Source of the DNA: Burkholderiales bacterium
Lineage (GTDB): Bacteria > Pseudomonadota > Gammaproteobacteria > Burkholderiales > Burkholderiaceae_C
Direction: 5' to 3'
DNA length: 40,555 nucleotides
NCBI GenBank assembly: GCA_025361305.1
Contig: JANYAN010000198.1
Coordinates: 1 to 40,555, forward strand
The notes beneath the pieces are model-generated. The model did not search any database and was not told the DNA's origin. It worked only from the letters and a program-made list of their open reading frames with translations. The translations under genes and the position numbers were made by a program. Below are positions 19,295 to 28,151 of the stretch, one piece after another. Positions within the stretch are counted from its first letter, which is position 1. The number at the start of each line of letters is the position of its first letter.

Positions 19295-21028
19295 TTACTC
19301 TATCACGCTGGTGCTATTGCCGCTGGAGGCAACCCCAGGAGCCCGCAGGAAATCGAAGTCGACGCCCTTGTCGGCCTGGGTCACGCTTTGCAGGAACAGC
19401 TTGAGGTAGCCGCGCTCGGCCGTGGGTTCGACCACCGGGTTCTCAAGCGCGCGGCGGGCCAGTTCCTGGTCGGGCACCAGCAATGCGATCTCGCGGTTGG
19501 CGACGCTCAGCCGGATTTTGTCGCCGTTGCGCACGTAGGCCAGTGGCCCGCCCACGGCAGCTTCAGGCGTGACATGCAGCACGATGGTGCCAAAGGCCGT
19601 GCCGCTCATGCGGCCGTCGGATATGCGCACCATGTCCTTGACGCCGGCGCGAGCCAGCTTGAGAGGGATGGGGATGTATCCCGCCTCGGGCATACCAGGC
19701 GCGCCCTTGGGGCCGATGTTCTTGAGCACCAGAACGTCCTGCGCCGTGACGTCCAGATCGTCGCTGTCGATGCGGTTAGCCAGGTCCTGTGCATTTTCGA
19801 AGACAACCGCGCGCCCCTCGTGCTCCATCAGGTTCAGGTCGGCCGCGGATTGCTTGATGATCGCGCAGCCCGGCGCCAGGTTGCCGCGCAACACGGCGAT
19901 GCCACCTTGCGGATAGATGGGCCTGTCCAAGCTGCGCACCACATCCTGGGCAAACCCGGGGCCAGCAAGTTCAAGCTCCTCACCCAGCGTGCGGCCCGTC
20001 ACCGTCAGCGCCTCCAGGCGCAGCAGCGGCTTGAGCTGGCGCAGCAGCGTGGCGACGCCACCCGCATGGTGGAAATCCTCCATGTAATGCTGCCCCGAGG
20101 GCTTCAGGTCCAGCAGCACGGGTGTCTCGCGGCCCATGCGGTCCAGCGCCTGCAAGTCGATCTCCAGCCCGACCCGGCCGGCGATGGCCGCCAGGTGCAC
20201 GATGCCGTTGGTGGAGCCACCGATGGCCAGCAGCACCCGCATGGCGTTCTCGAATGCGGCGGGCGTGAGGATCTTGTCGATGGTCAGGCCGTCCCTGGCC
20301 ATCTGCACGGCCCGTGCGCCGGTGTCTTCGGCAATGCGAATGCGGTCGGCCGTGACGGCCGGGGGCGAGGCACCGCCCGGCACCGTCATGCCCAAAGCTT
20401 CGGCGATGCAGGCCATGGTGCTGGCCGTGCCCATCACCGAGCAGGTGCCCACGCTGGCCACCAGCTGGTTGTTCACGTCGGCGGTTTCCTGCTCATCGAT
20501 CTCGCCCGCGCGAAACTTGCCCCAGTAGCGGCGGCAATCGGTGCAGGCGCCCACGCGCTCGCCGCGGTGCGAGCCGGTCAGCATCGAGCCCGTGATCAAC
20601 TGGATAGCGGGTAGTCCCGCCGAAGCGGCACCCATCAACTGGGCCGGCACCGTCTTGTCGCAACCGCCAATCAGCACGACCGCATCCATCGGCTGGGCCC
20701 GGATCATCTCCTCGGTATCCATCGACATGAGATTGCGCAGGTACATGCTGGTGGGTCGCGCAAAACTCTCGTGAATGGAAATTGTGGGAAAGTCCATCGG
20801 CAGGCCGCCGGCCAGCATGACGCCGCGTTTGACGGCTTCAATCAATTGGGGTGCGTTGCCATGGCAGGGGTTGTAGGCGCTACCCGTGTTGGCGATTCCG
20901 ATCACTGGCCGGTCCAGCGCGGCGTCGGTATAGCCCGCCCCCTTGATGAACGCCTTGCGCAGAAACAGCGAGAAGCCCGCGTCGCCGTAGCTGGTCAGAC
21001 CCTTGCCCAGACCGGTTTCCTTGGTCAT
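19295..21028 (-). CDS. IlvD/Edd family [2Fe-2S] dihydroxy-acid dehydratase
   Basis: Motifs YNPCH, GGCDKT, GTCSVMGTASTM, GGSTN, GPKGAPGMPE and SDGRMSGT. Start set at ATG 21028. Confidence 0.92.
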   Translation of the reverse strand: MTKETGLGKGLTSYGDAGFSLFLRKAFIKGAGYTDAALDRPVIGIANTGSAYNPCHGNAPQLIEAVKRGVMLAGGLPMDFPTISIHESFARPTSMYLRNLMSMDTEEMIRAQPMDAVVLIGGCDKTVPAQLMGAASAGLPAIQLITGSMLTGSHRGERVGACTDCRRYWGKFRAGEIDEQETADVNNQLVASVGTCSVMGTASTMACIAEALGMTVPGGASPPAVTADRIRIAEDTGARAVQMARDGLTIDKILTPAAFENAMRVLLAIGGSTNGIVHLAAIAGRVGLEIDLQALDRMGRETPVLLDLKPSGQHYMEDFHHAGGVATLLRQLKPLLRLEALTVTGRTLGEELELAGPGFAQDVVRSLDRPIYPQGGIAVLRGNLAPGCAIIKQSAADLNLMEHEGRAVVFENAQDLANRIDSDDLDVTAQDVLVLKNIGPKGAPGMPEAGYIPIPLKLARAGVKDMVRISDGRMSGTAFGTIVLHVTPEAAVGGPLAYVRNGDKIRLSVANREIALLVPDQELARRALENPVVEPTAERGYLKLFLQSVTQADKGVDFDFLRAPGVASSGNSTSVIE

Positions 21029-21085
21029 GTTTTCCTCGACGGAGTGCGATGGGCCTCGGCCCAAGGGAAAGCCTGATTCCCCGAC

Positions 21086-21106
21086 CTTTCAATTTATTAT
21101 AGAAAG
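21086..21106. promoter_or_regulatory. AT-rich inverted repeat in a divergent promoter region (candidate operator)
   Basis: CTTTC-AAT-TTATT-ATA-GAAAG lies between the dehydratase and dctP starts. Confidence 0.4.
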
Positions 21107-21148
21107 TAATCTTTTAGCCAGTTCCACGACCCCCGTGCAGAGGAGACC

Positions 21149-22186
21149 ATGCGCACCATCCATTCCACCTTCACCCGTACTGCCACAGCTCTGGCTGCCG
21201 CCATGGCTCTGGTAGCCGGCAGCGCCTGTGCCCAGGACAAGCCCGTACAGCTTAAGCTCTCCAGCTGGGTGCCGGCGCAGCACGCGCTCAATCCTGCCCT
21301 GCAGGCGTGGGCCGACGACATCAAGAAGCAATCCAACGGCAGCATCGCCTCCACCCTGTTTCCTTCCGAGCAGCTGGGCAAGGCTTTCGACCATTACGAC
21401 ATGGCGCGCGACGGTATTGCCGATTTCTCGTACGTGAACCCCGGCTACCAGCCCGGGCGCTTCCCGATCTTCGCGGCCGCCTCGCTGCCTTTCGAGATCA
21501 CCAATGCCAAGGCCGGCTCGGCGGCCATCGACGCCTGGTACCGCCAGTACGCGGCCAGGGAAATGAAGGACGTGCACTTCTGCTTCGCCTTCGCGCACGA
21601 CCCGGGCGCACTGCATTCGCGCAAGAAGATCGTTTTGCCCAGCGAGATCAAGGGCATGAAGATCCGGCCGGCCACCAGCACCATCGGCCAGATGGTCACT
21701 ACGCTGGGCGGCACCAATGTGCAGTCGTCCGCACCCGAGGCGCGCGACATGCTCGAGCGCGGCGTCGCCGAAGCCATCACCTTCCCATGGGGCTCGCTTA
21801 CGTTGTTCGGCATCGACAAGGTGGTCAAGTACCACATGGACGTGCCGCTGTATGTCACGCCCTTCGTCTGGGTGATGAACGCCGACAAATACGCCGCGAT
21901 GTCAGCCACCCAGAAAAAAGTGATCGACGACCATTGCAACAGCGAATGGGCCGAGAAGGTCGGAAGCGCCTGGGCCGATTTCGAAATCGCGGGCCACGTG
22001 AAGCTGGCCGCCGATCCCGGCCGCGAGGTCTACAAGCTCACACCTGAGCAGATGAGCGCCTGGCGTGCCGCTGTGGCGCCGGTAGAGGTCCAGTGGGCCG
22101 AGGGCGTGAAAAAGGTCGGTGGCGATCCCAAGCAGGCGCTCGATTCGCTCAAGGCAAGCCTGGTCAAATACAAGTCCGCAATGTGA
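21149..22186 (+). CDS. dctP: TRAP transporter substrate-binding protein
   Basis: Signal peptide; motifs LFPSEQLG, GIADF..PGYQPGRFP..LPF, KGMKIR and FVWVMN. Confidence 0.9.
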   Translation: MRTIHSTFTRTATALAAAMALVAGSACAQDKPVQLKLSSWVPAQHALNPALQAWADDIKKQSNGSIASTLFPSEQLGKAFDHYDMARDGIADFSYVNPGYQPGRFPIFAAASLPFEITNAKAGSAAIDAWYRQYAAREMKDVHFCFAFAHDPGALHSRKKIVLPSEIKGMKIRPATSTIGQMVTTLGGTNVQSSAPEARDMLERGVAEAITFPWGSLTLFGIDKVVKYHMDVPLYVTPFVWVMNADKYAAMSATQKKVIDDHCNSEWAEKVGSAWADFEIAGHVKLAADPGREVYKLTPEQMSAWRAAVAPVEVQWAEGVKKVGGDPKQALDSLKASLVKYKSAM

Positions 22187-22208
22187 CACGGCGTCGCCTG
22201 CGGGCCCC

Positions 22209-22727
22209 ATGAACAAGACCCGTTTCGCCGACCGCTTCATTAACTCGATCGAGTGGCTGGCTGCCATTTTCGTCGGCATCGTCGCGCTCAATATTTTCCT
22301 GAACGTGGTGCTGCGCAAGTTCTTCAGCACCTCGATTCCGGATTCGTATGACTTCGGCCGGATGCTGCTGGGCATCCTGATCTTCTGGGGCATCGCTGCC
22401 ACCAGCTACCGCGGCGGGCACATCACCGTGGACCTGATCTGGTCCGCGGTGAACGGGCGCAGGAAGCGCCTCATAGACGTGTTCGCCACACTCGTGCTGC
22501 TGTTCGTGGTCACGGTGCAGACCGTCATGCTGTTCGACAAGGTGCGGGGCACCTATGTCGACCATGTGCTTACCTACGACCTGAACCTGCCCACCTGGCC
22601 CTTTTATGCAGTGGCCTGGGCCGGTGACGTCTGCGCCGTGATCCTGATCGCCATCCGCACCTGGCGCCTGGTGTTCCAGCCCGAAGCGCTGCACGACGAG
22701 CACTTCGAAGACCGCAAAACAGAATGA
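22209..22727 (+). CDS. dctQ: TRAP transporter small permease
   Basis: Four TM segments and the GHITVDL motif; start ATG 22209. Confidence 0.87.
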   Translation: MNKTRFADRFINSIEWLAAIFVGIVALNIFLNVVLRKFFSTSIPDSYDFGRMLLGILIFWGIAATSYRGGHITVDLIWSAVNGRRKRLIDVFATLVLLFVVTVQTVMLFDKVRGTYVDHVLTYDLNLPTWPFYAVAWAGDVCAVILIAIRTWRLVFQPEALHDEHFEDRKTE

Positions 22728-24037
22728 TGGCCCCATTGAGTACCGACGCCATCGCCCTCCTGGGGTTTGTCAGTCTGTTTGTCCTGATGCTGCTGCGCGT
22801 GCCGGTGGGCATGGCCATGGGCCTGGTAGGCATTACCGGCTACGCCTGGATCGCGGGCGCCGGCCCGGCCTTGAAGCTGGTCGGCCAGACCTCGATGCGT
22901 ACCGTCACCGACTACACGTTTGGCGTGATCCCGATGTTCATGCTGATGGGCGCCTTTGTCTCGGTGTCGGGCGTCAGCCGCGAGTTGTTCAAGGCCGCCA
23001 ATTCAATGATCGGGCATTTGCGCGGGGGCCTGGGCGTGGCCACGGTGCTGGCCTGCGGCGGCTTCGCAGCCATCTGTGGCTCGTCGGTGGCCACCGCGGC
23101 CACTTTTTCCAGCGTCGCCTACCCCGAAATGCGGCGCTTCGGCTACCCGCAATCGTTCTCCACGGGCGTGATCGCCGCCGGCGGCACGCTGGGCGCGATG
23201 CTGCCGCCCTCCACCGTGCTGGCGGTGTATGCCATCCTGACCCAGCAGGATATTGGCAAGCTGTTCATGGCCGGGGTGATCCCGGGCCTGCTCGCCATGC
23301 TGCTCTACGTCATCACCATCGTCATCATCGTCAAGGTACGGCCCAACTGGCTGCCGGGCGGCGAGCAAAAGCCCTGGCCCGAGCGCATCGTCGACCTGAA
23401 AAACGTCTGGGCGCCGCTGGTGCTTTTCCTGTTCGTGATCGGCGGGCTCTACGGCGGCTTCTTCACCCCCACAGAGGCCGGCGGCGTGGGCGCGAGCGGC
23501 GCCTTCCTGCTGGGGCTGATTCGCGGCAAGCTGGATCGGGCCAAGATCAAGGAGGCACTGCTGTCGGCCACGCGTACCGCGGCGGCCGTCTTTACCGTGC
23601 TGATCGGCGCGCTGATGTTCGGCTACTTTCTCACCATCACGCAGACACCGCAGAAGCTCACAGCATTTCTCACCGGCCTGGGCGTCGGGCCCTACGGCGT
23701 GCTGACCATGATCATGGTCATGTACCTGGTGCTGGGCTGCCTGATGGACGCGATGGCGATGATCATCCTGACGGTACCGATCATCTTTCCGGTGATCATG
23801 CAGCTGGGGTTCGATCCGATCTGGTTCGGTATCATCATCGTGATGACTGTTGAACTCGGCCTGATCCATCCGCCTGTGGGCATGAACGTCTTCGTGATCA
23901 AAAGCGTGGTGCAGGACGTGAGCTTCACCACGATCTTCAAGGGCGTGCTGCCTTTCGTGGCCACCGACATCCTGCGCCTGGTGATCCTAATCAGCTTCCC
24001 GATCATTGCGCTGTGGCTCCCCGCGAGGATGGGATGA
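22724..24037 (+). CDS. dctM: TRAP transporter large permease
   Basis: Motifs ICGSSVATAAT, GGTLGAMLPPS, IGKLFMAG and LIHPPVGMN. Confidence 0.93.
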   Translation: MMAPLSTDAIALLGFVSLFVLMLLRVPVGMAMGLVGITGYAWIAGAGPALKLVGQTSMRTVTDYTFGVIPMFMLMGAFVSVSGVSRELFKAANSMIGHLRGGLGVATVLACGGFAAICGSSVATAATFSSVAYPEMRRFGYPQSFSTGVIAAGGTLGAMLPPSTVLAVYAILTQQDIGKLFMAGVIPGLLAMLLYVITIVIIVKVRPNWLPGGEQKPWPERIVDLKNVWAPLVLFLFVIGGLYGGFFTPTEAGGVGASGAFLLGLIRGKLDRAKIKEALLSATRTAAAVFTVLIGALMFGYFLTITQTPQKLTAFLTGLGVGPYGVLTMIMVMYLVLGCLMDAMAMIILTVPIIFPVIMQLGFDPIWFGIIIVMTVELGLIHPPVGMNVFVIKSVVQDVSFTTIFKGVLPFVATDILRLVILISFPIIALWLPARMG

Positions 24038-24453
24038 CCAAAGTTGTCCTGTACGCCCAGCGCGTCGCTTTCGGCGACTGCGATCCGGCGCGCATCGTCT
24101 GGTTCCCCAATTTCTTCCGCTGGATCGATTCAGCCTCACGTCATTTCTTCGTCGAGTGCGGGGTGCCGGCCTGGCACGAAACCGAGCAGACGCTGGGCCT
24201 GATCGGCACGCCGCTGGTGGACACCCACGCGAAGTTCATCAAATCGGCCAGCTATGGCGACGAGCTGGTAATCCACACCAGCATTCCAGAGTGGCGCACC
24301 AAGAGCTTCGTGCAGCGCTACCGTGTGATGCGCGGGGAAGACCTGATCATGGAATGCGACGAGGTGCGCATCTTCGCGGCGCGCCGCACAGATGATCCCA
24401 AGACGATTTACGCGTTGCCGATACCCCATTCGATTCGCCAGCTCTGCGAATGA
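24034..24453 (+). CDS. Acyl-CoA thioesterase (4-hydroxybenzoyl-CoA thioesterase / hotdog family)
   Basis: Motif VAFGDCDPARIVWFPNFFRWID; ATGA overlap with dctM. Confidence 0.87.
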   Translation: MTKVVLYAQRVAFGDCDPARIVWFPNFFRWIDSASRHFFVECGVPAWHETEQTLGLIGTPLVDTHAKFIKSASYGDELVIHTSIPEWRTKSFVQRYRVMRGEDLIMECDEVRIFAARRTDDPKTIYALPIPHSIRQLCE

Positions 24454-24494
24454 CCTGGCCGTCAGGCCGAATCATGCACCCGGAGCCAGGGTGT

Positions 24495-24941
24495 CTATCC
24501 CGGAATCTCGGGCTCGACGAGTGTGGCCAGCTGCGCCAAGGATTCCTGCCAGCCCAAGTAGCACATCTCGACGGGAATGACGTCCGGGATTCCCTCCTGA
24601 ACTACATCGATCTCGGTTCCGCATAGAACCTTTTTCAGCGTCACGGTCACCTGAATTTCGCCGGGCAGGTTCGGATCGTCAAATTTATCGGTGTAGCGAA
24701 GCCGCTCGAACGGCACAAGTTCAAGATATTCACCGCCAAAGGAGTGGCCGTTGCCGGTATTGAAATTCGTGAACGACATCCTGAAAGTACCGCCGACCCT
24801 GGCGTCCATGTGATGCACCTTGCAGGTGAAGCCATAGGGCGGAATCCACTTGGCCATGGCGTCGGCTTGCAGGAACGCCCGATAGACGCGCTCGGGCGGT
24901 GCACGCAGCACGCGATGCAATCGAACGGTACCTGTGGCCAT
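24495..24941 (-). CDS. SRPBCC/AHSA1 family protein
   Basis: VRLHRVLRAPPERVYRAF..DARVGG..GEYLELVP..GWQESL. Real start is ATG 24941 inside the 399-aa ORF. Confidence 0.9.
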   Translation of the reverse strand: MATGTVRLHRVLRAPPERVYRAFLQADAMAKWIPPYGFTCKVHHMDARVGGTFRMSFTNFNTGNGHSFGGEYLELVPFERLRYTDKFDDPNLPGEIQVTVTLKKVLCGTEIDVVQEGIPDVIPVEMCYLGWQESLAQLATLVEPEIPG

Positions 24942-25003
24942 TGTCGAGTCTCCTTGGCTGTAGAGACTCATACGATAGCAAATCCGCGGGACGCCGCGGC
25001 CCT

Positions 25004-26023
25004 TCACTCGTCCAGGTGGCGCACGAACGACAGCCGCTGTGACGGGACGAACCCGGTGCGCTGGAAAAAACCCAGCAGCGCCAGATCGTTCGATGCCACA
25101 AGGGTCTCGACCCGTTCGATCTTCAGTTCGCCCAGGTTGGCGAACAGCTGCGCCATCAGCGCGTGGCCGATGCCGTGCTCCCACGCGGAGATATCCACGC
25201 CTATCGTGTCCACCACGGCCACCGGTTCGGTGCGGCCGAAATCCCCCAGGTCTGCGCGAGCCATCACGAAGCCCACGATCGCACCGTCCAGGCGTGCAGA
25301 CAGCGAAACGCGGATCGCCGAATCGTCCATCGCCTCGGCCAGTCGGGCGGCAATGTAGCCGCTGCGGTCGCGCCCGGTGATGCCGTGGTCGATGCGAGCA
25401 ATCTCGCGCAGGTCTTCGGGGCGCATGGCGCGCACTTCGGCGCGGCCCAGGGCCAGCCTTTCGTGGTCGTTGCCCTCGGGGGCGCCGAAGTTGACCTCGC
25501 CGCCAACGCCCTGCCCCGTGGCGAGCGTGATGTCCTCGTCGCCCAATGGCGAGCGCGTGCCCTCGCCAGGGGTCGCCTGCAGGATGTAGTTGGGCGCCAG
25601 CTCGAACCCCATGGCGCCCAGCCAGTGAAGCATTTGCGCGTCGTGCCAGGTCGCGCCGGTGTGCAGGTTGCGGATGCCGTGCCGGCCGGCCCAATCGGCC
25701 AGCACCTTGAACAGTTGCGCGCCGCCGCCGTGCCCGCGCGCATCAGGGCGCATGCCCACCATCTCCAGCCGCAGCCCCGGCTGGGCACGGCCGAATTCGC
25801 CCTCAAGCACGCGGGCCAGGATGTAGCCGGCCAGGCCCGATTCATCCGTGGCGGCAAACTGCGCATGCAATGCAGGCTCACGCAGGGCGGCGGCCAGGCG
25901 GCGCTGCACGTAGTCGCCGCGCGGCCGGCCTTCCAGGGCCGCATCGATGGTCACCACGGCCGGCAAGTCGTCGCGCGTCAATGCACGGATGGTGAGCAAC
26001 TGCCCTGCAGCGACTTCGGTCAT
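25004..26023 (-). CDS. Tandem (two-domain) GNAT acetyltransferase, BadL-like
   Basis: Two repeats of IR(A)L/M..DL..ID, GEFGR/GDFGR and acetyl-CoA motif A (RGHGGG; EHGIG). Confidence 0.82.
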   Translation of the reverse strand: MTEVAAGQLLTIRALTRDDLPAVVTIDAALEGRPRGDYVQRRLAAALREPALHAQFAATDESGLAGYILARVLEGEFGRAQPGLRLEMVGMRPDARGHGGGAQLFKVLADWAGRHGIRNLHTGATWHDAQMLHWLGAMGFELAPNYILQATPGEGTRSPLGDEDITLATGQGVGGEVNFGAPEGNDHERLALGRAEVRAMRPEDLREIARIDHGITGRDRSGYIAARLAEAMDDSAIRVSLSARLDGAIVGFVMARADLGDFGRTEPVAVVDTIGVDISAWEHGIGHALMAQLFANLGELKIERVETLVASNDLALLGFFQRTGFVPSQRLSFVRHLDE

Positions 26024-26042
26024 GGTGAGGTCCTTCTATGAT

Positions 26043-26522
26043 TCAGGTCGCCGCGTAGGCGAAGGCCAGTTCGCGGTCGGTGTCGTCATCGAGCAAGTCG
26101 TCCAGCAGCGGCAACAGAGCCATGGTTTCCTTCTGAATGTGCGCGACCTGGCGCTCCACCAGCTCCAGCGCCATGGTGCGCAGCGTGCCCCAGCGCACCT
26201 CGTCAATCGTGCCTTGCACGGCCAGCCTGGCCAGCGGCAGCATTTCAGTAGCGACTTCGCGGATCGCCTCGTGCTCCTCGAAGAGCAGCGCGGCCATGCC
26301 GCCGTCGCCGGCATCCGCCATGCGCGGGAACAGCAACTCCTCCTCAAACTGGAAGTGGCGGTTGATGTCGAGCTCCAGTGCGCCCACCAGCGTGGCTATC
26401 AGGCTGGATGCGTCGGGCGCGATGCGCGTGGCGCGGCCCAGTGCCTGCTCCACCTTGCCCAGCAGGGTGAGGAGGTTGCGGTGCTCCTCGTCGAGGAGGC
26501 GGCTGACCTGGCTGGTTGTCAT
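26043..26522 (-). CDS. Hemerythrin/HHE cation-binding domain protein
   Basis: Ligand pattern EEH, HFQFEEELLFP, EEHEAI and HIQKE..LLP. Confidence 0.85.
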   Translation of the reverse strand: MTTSQVSRLLDEEHRNLLTLLGKVEQALGRATRIAPDASSLIATLVGALELDINRHFQFEEELLFPRMADAGDGGMAALLFEEHEAIREVATEMLPLARLAVQGTIDEVRWGTLRTMALELVERQVAHIQKETMALLPLLDDLLDDDTDRELAFAYAAT

Positions 26523-26536
26523 GAGGTGAAGAAATC

Positions 26537-26564
26537 GTATTCTGGTATTTCGTTACCAATATAC
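26537..26564. promoter_or_regulatory. AT-rich imperfect inverted repeat (candidate repressor operator)
   Basis: GTATTCTGGTA-TTTCGT-TACCAATATAC, 9 of 11 arm positions complementary; it overlaps the putative -10 of the hemerythrin gene. Confidence 0.55.
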
Positions 26565-26587
26565 TGGCGCAAACAGGATGACGCCAT

Positions 26588-26603
26588 CTTGAGGTAGCTC
26601 AAG
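26588..26603. promoter_or_regulatory. FNR-family-like box
   Basis: Palindromic arms CTTGAG-GTAG-CTCAAG (consensus TTGAT-N4-ATCAA), about 70 bp upstream of the hemerythrin start. Confidence 0.55.
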
Positions 26604-27873
26604 CTCTCGCCCTTTGCAGGCGATGCAGCACCGTCGCGTAAAAGACCAGGAAGGCGGCCGCGCCTGTGGCCCCAGTGGCTGCGGATAGAACCGCCAGCAG
26701 ATGACTGTCGAACGCCGCGGCCAGTCCCAGCCCCGCCAGTGCGGCGACGTGGCACGCGAAGTGGATGCGCAGGGCTGTCTCGTGAGTTAGCGCCGATGGC
26801 GTAGGCGAACGGCGCCCTGCGCCCGCCGCATGCATGGCTGCCAGAAAAGGCAGGATGCGCTGCAGCATGCCCAGCAGGAAGCTCAGCAGCCAGACCCCAA
26901 TCAGGCACAACCCGAACCAGGTCGCCAGCCGGGGGACGGGCCACTCGAGCACCAGGCCCAATGCCAGCACAAGACTCGTCCCCAAACCGGTCCAGCCGAC
27001 TTTCACCAGCACGAAGGAGCGGCCGAGCTCGCGCCGCATGCCGCCTCTTAGCACCCGGAACATGGCGCGCAGGTGCAGGGCAACCGCCGCAGCTCCTGCC
27101 AGCAGTGCCGCGCAGCGCAGTGCCGTAGTGGCCAGCCCGAAAATGGCGAGAGCGCCCAGCGACAGCGCCGCCACCGCCAGGGCGCACGAAGCCAGTTGCG
27201 TGCGCTCGCTTGGCACATCGGCCAGCGCAAACATCGGCACCAGGATGTAGGACAGGCCCAGCGCCAGCATGCCCATGAAGCCGAAGGGAGCGAACACCAG
27301 GTGCAGCACCAAAGGGGTCTCGCGCCCAGGCCCCGGTAGCCCCAGCCAGGTCGCCGCCAGCGCCAGCGCGCTGGCGATCACCGCGCCCAGCGACACCAGC
27401 GCGACCCATCCATGTGCAACGACGCCCCGCATGCCGCGCGCCCCGCGCAGGTTCTTTGCCGTCAGTGCGGCCCATAGGGCCAGGCCCGCTGTGACGGCCA
27501 CCGCACCACCCGCCAGCACCGCCGGACGGGCCAGGCCCATGCCCAGCGCCAACCCGGCCACGCCCGGTGTGTACAGCCACCAGATCGCGGCCAGCAGCCG
27601 ATGGTCCGGCGCGCCCTGGCGGCTTGCGACGGGCAGCAGCTGGGCGCCCGCGCCCAGCGCCGTCATGCCGAGCACGCCCAGCGTCAGCAAGTGCAGTGAG
27701 GCCAATGGCCAGCCCAACCCTGCCGAAAAATCCAGCCACTGGCCAGCGCCGGCCGCCAGGGCCAGCCAGGCCAGAAGGTGGAATACCGCCGCCGCGCCAA
27801 AATAGCGCAAGGGAATCGATGCCGGCAGCAACCGGCTTCTGGCATCGCCGAGGAAGACCCCGGCCCGGCTCAC
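26599..27873 (-). CDS. Polytopic membrane protein (about 12 TM, His-containing helices) of the type associated with DUF2249
   Basis: Very hydrophobic, with repeated HLLTLG / HLVFAPFGF / HFACH helices. GTG 27873 overlaps the DUF2249 stop. Confidence 0.75.
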   Translation of the reverse strand: MSRAGVFLGDARSRLLPASIPLRYFGAAAVFHLLAWLALAAGAGQWLDFSAGLGWPLASLHLLTLGVLGMTALGAGAQLLPVASRQGAPDHRLLAAIWWLYTPGVAGLALGMGLARPAVLAGGAVAVTAGLALWAALTAKNLRGARGMRGVVAHGWVALVSLGAVIASALALAATWLGLPGPGRETPLVLHLVFAPFGFMGMLALGLSYILVPMFALADVPSERTQLASCALAVAALSLGALAIFGLATTALRCAALLAGAAAVALHLRAMFRVLRGGMRRELGRSFVLVKVGWTGLGTSLVLALGLVLEWPVPRLATWFGLCLIGVWLLSFLLGMLQRILPFLAAMHAAGAGRRSPTPSALTHETALRIHFACHVAALAGLGLAAAFDSHLLAVLSAATGATGAAAFLVFYATVLHRLQRARA

Positions 27874-28151
27874 GGCAACCTGTGCAGCAACAGGCGCACC
27901 TCGCCCGCGGGCGCTTCCATGCGGCAGGCACTCCACCCGATCTCGTCCAGCTCGGGGTACAGCAAAATCGGATCGCGGTCATGGTGGACCACCACCGGCA
28001 TTTCACGGTCCACCGATTGCAGCAGCCGCAGGATCGCAACCAGAGGCTGGGGCGGTACCAGGCCGCGCACGTCGATATGGGCTGCCTGCGCTTCCAGCCA
28101 TTGCCGTGGCGCGCCCGACCGATCCACGACTGATGAGGCCTCAGTGGTCAT
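27870..28151 (-). CDS. DUF2249 domain protein (SirA/TusA-like fold)
   Basis: IDVRGLVPPQPLVAIL..HHDRDPILLYPELDEIG. Confidence 0.8.
   Translation of the reverse strand: MTTEASSVVDRSGAPRQWLEAQAAHIDVRGLVPPQPLVAILRLLQSVDREMPVVVHHDRDPILLYPELDEIGWSACRMEAPAGEVRLLLHRLP

Noticed and set aside
24942-25694. N-terminal extension of the 399-aa ORF onto the SRPBCC protein
   Set aside because: Off-frame overlap with the GNAT gene; the SRPBCC domain has its own RBS and ATG at 24941.
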